A stretch of 64,000 bases of DNA from Trichoplax adhaerens (taxonomy: Eukaryota; Animalia; Placozoa), in the NCBI RefSeq assembly GCF_000150275.1, contig NW_002060955.1, forward strand, positions 691,041-755,040, read 5' to 3'. The position numbers and the translations under genes are program-made. The notes beneath the pieces were generated by a model. That model had not been told where the DNA came from, made no database searches, and saw only the letters and a program-made list of their open reading frames with translations. This document shows, piece after piece, positions 56,901-64,000 of the stretch; positions within the stretch are counted from its first letter, which is position 1, and each line of letters opens with the position of its first letter.

Positions 56901-59900
56901 GTGTTTTTCCCCTAATTTTATTTTGTTTGGACTTCAATTGTTGATAGTTTAATTTAATTTAGTAAAATTTTATTTTTTATTTTGATATAGATTATCAGCG
57001 AAGAAACCCAGCAGTATGTAATTTCTTATACAAATTAGAATTAGTGGTATAGCGAAATTTAGTTTTTGTTGTTTATGCCTGCTAACAAAATATGAAGGCA
57101 TGAACTACTACTGTGCAGTAGACTCAGGAGATTACTACTGAAATAATATTAAAATTTCTAACGGGTTTGACACTGCTGCTTACCACGAAAGTTTGTAGTA
57201 GATTTAATTCATATATATAGTACTGGTTATTAAATGTGAATTCTTAATTTTAATAAAATCAGTTGCAACTTACGGCAATTTTGATTGTTGACTGTATCCC
57301 AGCAATCAACCTTGTTTTCGCACTTTTGGAAAATATCGATACATCGACCCAGGAAACATGTAAAAGTTCCAGTATGGCATGAAGGATATCCTTACGTTGA
57401 TAAAAATGTGTAGTAGATAAATAATAGGCCGAAATTTAGCTAGCTTAGTATCTAATTTGACGAAAGCACCCGCTTCGATAAGAGGTCAATATAGTGTACT
57501 AATGGTCAATTATAAGTGAAAAACAACATCAAGATTGATCTTTAATGATAGTTATTCGAGAAAAGGATTGAAGAGAAGATCAATACGATTAAAATTATCC
57601 AATTTTGTAGTTTTTCACTACCTTCGCAGTAGCACCTGCTCATTTGCCATTATTACGGAATAGAGGAATTAAAATGATGTCAGTATTATAGAATGGGTAA
57701 ACTGATATATTAATGAAGAATTAAAAGCAAGATAATAAAAATTTAAACTGGCAGGAAATAAGCGTACAAAGTTTTGCTTGAGAATTCTTAAAGACAATTT
57801 TCTACAGAATGCTGTCACGGTGCTAACTCACCGTACCAAAATAGTACATGCTATGCGGCTATAATGATATTATAAGCCGAGGAGATTATGTAGCCAGATA
57901 TAGATTGTAGACGGTACGATTTAAATTGTGATATGTTAAAGGTCATTTATATCTATAGTTGATAGTTGGATTAGTAGTATTCTAAGAGGTGTGTAAAAGC
58001 TTGTAGATAAAATCTATTTAAACAATTGGACAAATTAATAAAAGTTAGTTCTTAGTTCCTAAGGTTAAAAGTATAACGGAAATCGAAGGCGTACGAATTA
58101 TTGCGAGATCGTAGATTCGATTACAACGTTATCTTGTCACGCGGGAGTTTGTGACAAATGCTACATGCAAAACCCATATCTGATGAAGGAAATATAATCC
58201 CTGAGTCTAATAAATCTGGAGAATATGGAAGAACTCTTGTCAAATTTTGATTGCAGTAGCCATTTTAAAGTAACAGTTAAAATAATAATAATATTGCTTA
58301 AATCAATTACTGTTCGAATCGATGCAGGATTATTAAAATTTCCCGAAATTTGGATAATGATATAAACGTAGAAATATTTATGTGATGGCTGTAATTTATT
58401 TGGTCAATATAAAATGCTTCTCGCAACGGCTGATTAAATATATTTAGTGTTATAAAATGCGATGTAAATAAAAAGAATTAGAAATAATATTGTTGATCTA
58501 CAGAATTATCAATAACACCAAATTTTGATTAAAAACCAGCAGAGTCCCCTACTGAGCTGATAATATCTACTATTCGGATCGAATCCATTTACGTTTCAAC
58601 ATAATACGGGTGATGCTTTAAACTCGAATAAATTTAGGACTTAGGGCAAGTTATGGCTTAAAATATCAGAGAATTTAAATTATTTAACATAGCAGTTTGT
58701 TGAATTTGTTATTCACATAATATTGGAATAAACATACCACAGTACTCTTCGTCTGATCCATCGTAACAATCATTGTAACCATCACAACGTAGGGCTCTGC
58801 TTATACACTGACCACTTTGACATTTTATTTCAGTAAATTGGTTACATTTCGGATAGACTAGAATTAAGAATTTGATATTAGCTACAATAAACGTGATTTT
58901 ATCTAGTAATATTGAATATTGATACTGTCAATTATTGTTGGATATCTGAAAAGAAGGCGACTTATAATTAATTTAGCAGGCTAAAAGCGTTAAGTTTATT
59001 CTTGTCAATATAAAAAATTGAAGCTTTACTTTTCATCAAAATATTTTTAAACTTATGGTCAATGTTCTTACTACAATTTTGCTCATCAGACATATCTTCG
59101 CAATTATACTGAAAATTGCACCAGTTATGACTGGGAATGCAGAGTCCATTATTACATTTAAATTGGGATGGTTGGCATTGATCTGGTACTATCCAGGTTG
59201 TAAATTAATAAGAAAATCAAATAAGTATCATATGCATATTCTATGATTAGAAAGCCGCTATTTCATTATGAGAATCGCAAACATCACTGTGCCTATAAAA
59301 TCCAAAGAGTGATCTAGTATTATGAAAAGGATCTAAGTATTCTAGTATCATTAATTTTTAAAAGCAATATAATCCTTGCTTGAAGTAACTACTTTAGGTC
59401 GAGATTTACTTATCCATGGTGTCATCCATACTTATTTGATTTGCCGAAATGAATGTTAAAATTACGGTATTAAAGTAATCTATGTCTCCGTATGATCAGT
59501 TAGCTCCTCTTCCTGTAGATTCTACTGATTGAATTAAAGCTTAAACATTTTATTGATTATAGAAAGGAAAATCGATCTTACGATAGTAAGCATTTGCTTA
59601 TACTACCTATGCTACAAATTGTACGATAGTCAATACAGAGAGAAGCACTACCTATTAAAATACGAGTAGCCTCTGACCGAATTATTTCGGTATCATTTGA
59701 ATCTAATTTCTGAGTTGATTAACTATTTATTCAACCAAAGTCTGGTAGATTTACTCTTAAAATATGTCCTGCGATAAACAGCCATTAAAATGAAAGTAGG
59801 TATATATTTAGTCCTTATTAATTATCAGCATTACATTTATCAACTCTTATACAGTAATACGAATTCTTTCTTACTGATTTCAGAAGTAATATATTCTAAA

Positions 59901-60905
59901 ATCTATTTTACTTAAGCCAATTCAACATTTACTAGTCCAAGATAAAAATATCTACGTGCTGCTTATTTGGCTGATTATAGAATTAGAACATTATGACAGG
60001 AAAAGTCTTACCACAGCCGGCGGCCCCTATCAAAGTAGTCTTATTGCACTGAATAGCTGGATTGCAATATTGAGATGTAGCAGTACATTGGCCTTCATAG
60101 CATTGAGCATTTTCTCGATTGCACAGGACTTCTCCTATCAACATCCATAAATCGGCCTTTAAACGTTCGAATATCAATTTATATTTATAAAATGTTTGCT
60201 AGATCAGGTTGTTGTATCAAATAAATCAAAAAATGAGCTGATGTAATATGTTTTCCATCTAAGAAGGGTTGGAAAACATTATCAGAAGAAGTTGCAATAT
60301 GTTTTCAAGATCTATTGGAAATTAAAAGTAATTAGTTGCTCGAAATATCAGTTTTTCTAGGTTACCGATAAAAATAAAGACATGACTGGCTCTATCTAAG
60401 CTGATATCTCTCTTTATGAAATTATTTAACGACTACAAGAAAAAAAATCGAAAAAGCACACAATTCTTAATGTATGAATAAAAGTGAAAGACATCACTGC
60501 TATTATCCAAGCAGGTAATACTCTTTTTTTGAATTGCTTAATGACTGCAAGAAAACATTGCCTATCGACAAAGCATACAATTCTTCAATCTGAATAAGAA
60601 ATTTACCTAAATTTTCTACATTATATCGTTTTAAGCAAGATTTTCAATCATCAAAGAATTGAGTAACTAAATTCCTTTTCTAGTTTATCTACGCGTTACC
60701 AATGATGCGATTATTTACGGTAATCTACAACATTAGACTTATATTTATTTTTGACACAGTTAGCTACAAACCATGAAGGTCTATTACAGTTTCTATACAA
60801 GTCCTTAAAAATATTTTCATGTGTAATAAATATCTTACCTTGATTTTGAGTTCTCACAACTTGATATTGGAGTAGTATCAGCCACGAAATGAAAAATGAC
60901 ACCAT
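41911..60905 (-). CDS. GRL101-like / type C2 leucine-rich-repeat GPCR with multiple LDLa and CUB domains (~32 exons, roughly 2,200 aa)
   Basis: Signal exon 60839-60905. LDLa exons at ~60012-60134, 59072-59188, 58738-58858, 57274-57390, 53994-54108, 52227-52338, 51981-52097, 50924-51050, 47572-47709, 46820-46930, 46577-46694 and 46004-46117. Nine CUB exons lie between 46930 and 54596. LRRNT at 45818-45922, then nine ~72-nt LRR exons (43819-45683). The last exon 41911-43045 has [12 protein letters not shown], 7TM with [20 protein letters not shown] and [12 protein letters not shown], typical of RXFP/GRL101-type LGRs. Joining all exons into one transcript is inferred from compatible phases. Confidence 0.88.
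43115..43701 (+). mobile_element. Solo LTR, family B (587 bp), in the last intron of the LGR
   Basis: Ends TGTCAC...GTGACA with perfect TSD ATGAT (43110-43114 / 43702-43706). TATAAA ~43418 is followed by AATAAA at 43491. Second copy at 62227-62672. Confidence 0.9.
55008..55637 (+). mobile_element. Solo LTR, family A, copy 2 (630 bp), in an LGR intron
   Basis: Ends TGTTGCA...TGTGACA with perfect TSD GGAAG (55003-55007 / 55638-55642). TATATAAA ~55432 and AATAAA at 55455. It is the reverse complement of 19503-20134 with scattered substitutions. Confidence 0.9.
57813..58156 (+). mobile_element. Short solo LTR, family C (344 bp), in an LGR intron
   Basis: Ends TGTCAC...GTGACA with perfect TSD AATGC (57808-57812 / 58157-58161). 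Starts TGTCACGGT like family B; AATAAA at ~58037. Single copy in this window. Confidence 0.72.
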
Positions 60906-62226
60906 AATTTTATAGCGACAATGAAATAGTGCTGGATAAAACGGCATTTAAGTACGCGAATTACTTTAACAAAAATTTGCTTAAAGTTCTTATACAAATA
61001 TCATGTAGAATTTCAATAATATATGCAATTTTAATCACTTTAACAATTTAAAGCGATATATAAACTCTGTTGACACTTTCGCAATGAAAACGAAGTTTAA
61101 TCGGATCGTAAGCCAGCCATAGGGGAAATAGAACTTTCAGAATTATTTCCTTTAGAAAGGGAGTTTCAAAAATTGAATAGTGATGCAAGTTTTTATACAA
61201 AGAAAAGAAACAAAACCATTGACGTAGCCAGGCTAATAGCTGGTTTTATTTGGTCTTATAAAAGCCTACAAGGTCATTGGTAATAGTTTTTGTTTCATAA
61301 AGTATAAATTGCTCTATTTTGGCTAACAGACTCTATACTCAGACAGTAGTCATTTAAGTAATGGTAATTACTAAATTACCAATCAAAATGAAAAGTGAGT
61401 TACCTATATCGCTGAGAATAGAAAGTTATCAAATTAAAATCATTCAATGAGACGACAATAACATCATTAATTAATTTCCAAATCAAAGTCAACTTTTAAT
61501 TCCATAGCAGCCAATAAGTAAACTGTTACTAGCAATCCATGTCAGTATAAGATAATAGGATTAAAAGTACAACAATAAGCTTGTTGATAAAAGCCTAGAC
61601 ATCAACAAATTTTGACTATCGCAATGGATATTTTAGAATAGTAAAATGATAAATGTGATAACCTGATTTTATTACATAGCGTTGAGTAGTGAAGAAACAT
61701 GGCCTAGAGGATATACATTGATTTGAAATTTCAATTAGGTTATTTAGTTAATGACGCCTACTAGAAACTAGCAGATCAAAATATTCAAACTTTTAGCATT
61801 TAAATTACACTGATATGTACCTATGAGAGTAAGTATACAAAATTTAAATTTATTCCGACAGCATAATTGAAAGGGAAATGAATAGAATATTTATCATTTG
61901 TTAGCAAGAATGAATTGGAAGTAAATTTATCAAATTTTTTCCTTTAGTTATCAATTATCGATGCTTGAATAGGAAATTCCCGTATTTTGAAAATATTAAT
62001 AGGCGGATTCTGGGATGATTTTATTTCCTCTTCAAAATTTTATTCTATAAAGCACTGAACCACATTAAAAGCCGTACTAATAAAAAGGATTAATAAATTA
62101 GAACTTTATCAATTACCTAAGAATTTTCTTGGTCGTTTACTTGATAGAGTTAATATCAGAGGGTTTTGCTTCTTTATTGAATTTACACCTGCACATTTCT
62201 ATTAGATAAGTGCCTTATTCTATGTT

Positions 62227-62672
62227 TGTCATAACCCTCACTTGTGGCAAAGGAAAGTAAAGAACTCTAGTGTAGTTACTTAAAACTTGGGCTATTTCTC
62301 CCAGTACTTTCAGTTTCTATGAGAGAAGTATTTGAGAACTCGATTTCTCGGCTGATCTCCACAGACAACTGACTAATTATTACACTATTCTTCACGATAT
62401 GAGTCTTACCGTTTCTTGAGCAATTACTTACTTTATTCTACAAACACACGCGCTTAAATAGGTTTCTACAGTGAATTCCAATATTAACGAGTGAGAATTC
62501 ATGCTTTATAAGTTACATTAATTAGTATAATACCATTACTAAATATACACGTCGATATTCTCAGACTTAGATAGCTACAAGCTATCAGGTATTAAGACGC
62601 TTAACCTTCGTCCATATACAGCTCAATTTTTAGAGATTAACATACCTTATAAACCTACAGTAAATTAACTGC
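62227..62672 (-). mobile_element. LTR family B, copy 2, truncated by the assembly gap
   Basis: Reverse complement of ~43256-43701 with about nine substitutions by eye; runs straight into the N-run. Confidence 0.88.
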
Positions 62673-62722
62673 NNNNNNNNNNNNNNNNNNNNNNNNNNNN
62701 NNNNNNNNNNNNNNNNNNNNNN
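62673..62722. other. Assembly gap (50 N)
   Basis: Run of N. Confidence 0.99.
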
Positions 62723-63062
62723 ACAACATTACTGTCCTTAAATTCATCAATGATGGCCTCGTCCCAGCGGTATCACTGCATGCATTTGCAATCGATGATG
62801 GCGTGTGAGGGGTTGTCGAGAATGTATGCGATGTTAATTTTTGCAAATAATGCTCATCATGGCGTCGATCATGATAATACAGTAAATTCTATTGCATAGG
62901 GACCACCAACGTTACTGTCCTTAAATTTGTAAATGATTACCTCGTCTACAGCAGTATCATTGCATGCATTTGCAATCGATGATGGCGTGTGAGGGGTTAT
63001 CGAGAATGGATGCGATGTTGATTTTTGCAAATAATGCTCACTATGGCGTCTGTCATGATAAT
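62723..63062. repeat. ~183-bp tandem repeat (2 visible copies) next to the gap
   Basis: TTACTGTCCTTAAATT...TGCATGCATTTGCAATCGATGATGGCGTGTGAGGGGTT...TTTTTGCAAATAATGCTCA..ATGGCGTC..TCATGATAAT at ~62729 and ~62912. Confidence 0.85.
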
Positions 63063-64000
63063 GAACAACAATCTTCGTGAATATTCCTAGTGACACTACC
63101 ATACACATTACACAATGGAAATCAATTAAAATATCTAGTCAAGAGTGGTATTCTACAGCTTCTTAAGCCATATTGAAAAAGGGGTCGCTGGTGGATGCAT
63201 GCTGACAGGTCTACACAGGCGAAAAGCCATCTAGAATCTGCTCAGCTCTTGCATTTGTCAACAGCATCGACAAATGCTACTAAATGGGCGTACCGTAGTA
63301 GCAAGCATAAAGTAAGATCATAAACTACAATCATGATTAGTGCTGTGCTACAGCACATTTCTCAAGATTATCGCGATGAGATGGACAGCAGGCATGATTA
63401 AAGGATGGTATTCGTTCTAGAGGATGTACTGTATTGTCGACAAATGGAATACAAAATTCATGTAGCCATGATAAAGTAGAATAACATAGATAACTACAGT
63501 AGTTATCAATGCTAATATCTATAAGTGCACGCTATGAGACGTTCAGTGGGCATGATGAAGGTAAACAGAATTGCAGATGCATCCATTCTTACGAGGAAGC
63601 AAAACGATCTGGATTGAGCTCGAACCATGCATTCGTCAAGAGTATCGACAAAGAAAGTACTGAATATAAACATAGAAGCGGCGGAAGCAAAGTAAAATAA
63701 TGTTATTAACATGATGATTGCTCCTCTATTACTGTGGATGTCTGAAGAGGTTATGTCGATCAGACCAAGGGACTCATGTATACTGTATATATGTATAATC
63801 AGTTTCAGTTTAATTAATTAATAAGAGTCTATCAGAGTCCCTGAGCAAACATGATTGATTTTGGTCCGGGTTGAAGGATGTCCGTGCATGATTTTTCTCT
63901 TCAATGCCAATATGGTCTTAAAACGGGGGGGGGGGGCCGGAAATAGAGCTATGGTTAATATAACAACATCGCAAAATCACCTAGGTCTAATTCTCGCTCG

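Noticed and set aside
56160-57170. G+T-skewed intronic block that looks like an insertion
   Set aside because: No matching termini, TSD or second copy found.
21356-60905. Idea that the nearby LGR is a receptor or co-receptor for the divergent Wnt (R-spondin/LGR analogy)
   Set aside because: Wnt potentiation involves type B LGR4/5/6, whereas this is a type C receptor 18 kb away; proximity is not evidence in eukaryotes.

Overview
AT-rich, intron-dense animal genomic DNA with short GT-AG introns and one N-gap; the gene content and compactness suggest a placozoan such as Trichoplax (inference). I could hand-splice six protein-coding genes. (1) The 5' part of AK9 (minus), head-to-head with (2) ZNF277 (plus), across a promoter with an RFX X-box and TACAGTAC-rich islands. 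(3) MDM1 (minus). (4) A highly divergent Wnt (minus) inside a gene-poor region. (5) A small SH3 + FAM107/DRR1-like gene (minus). (6) A ~19-kb GRL101-like/type-C2 LGR (signal peptide, ~12 LDLa, 9 CUB, LRRNT, 9 LRR exons, 7TM; minus). Non-coding DNA holds at least three families of solo LTRs (TGT...ACA ends, 5-bp TSDs), three copies of which lie antisense in LGR introns. Most notable are a Wnt that has lost both the Porcupine acylation motif and the index-finger W-C-C Frizzled contact (candidate lipid-free Wnt), an SH3-FAM107 fusion, the giant CUB/LDLa LGR, and young solo LTRs. All family assignments come from remembered motif similarity, not database searches.
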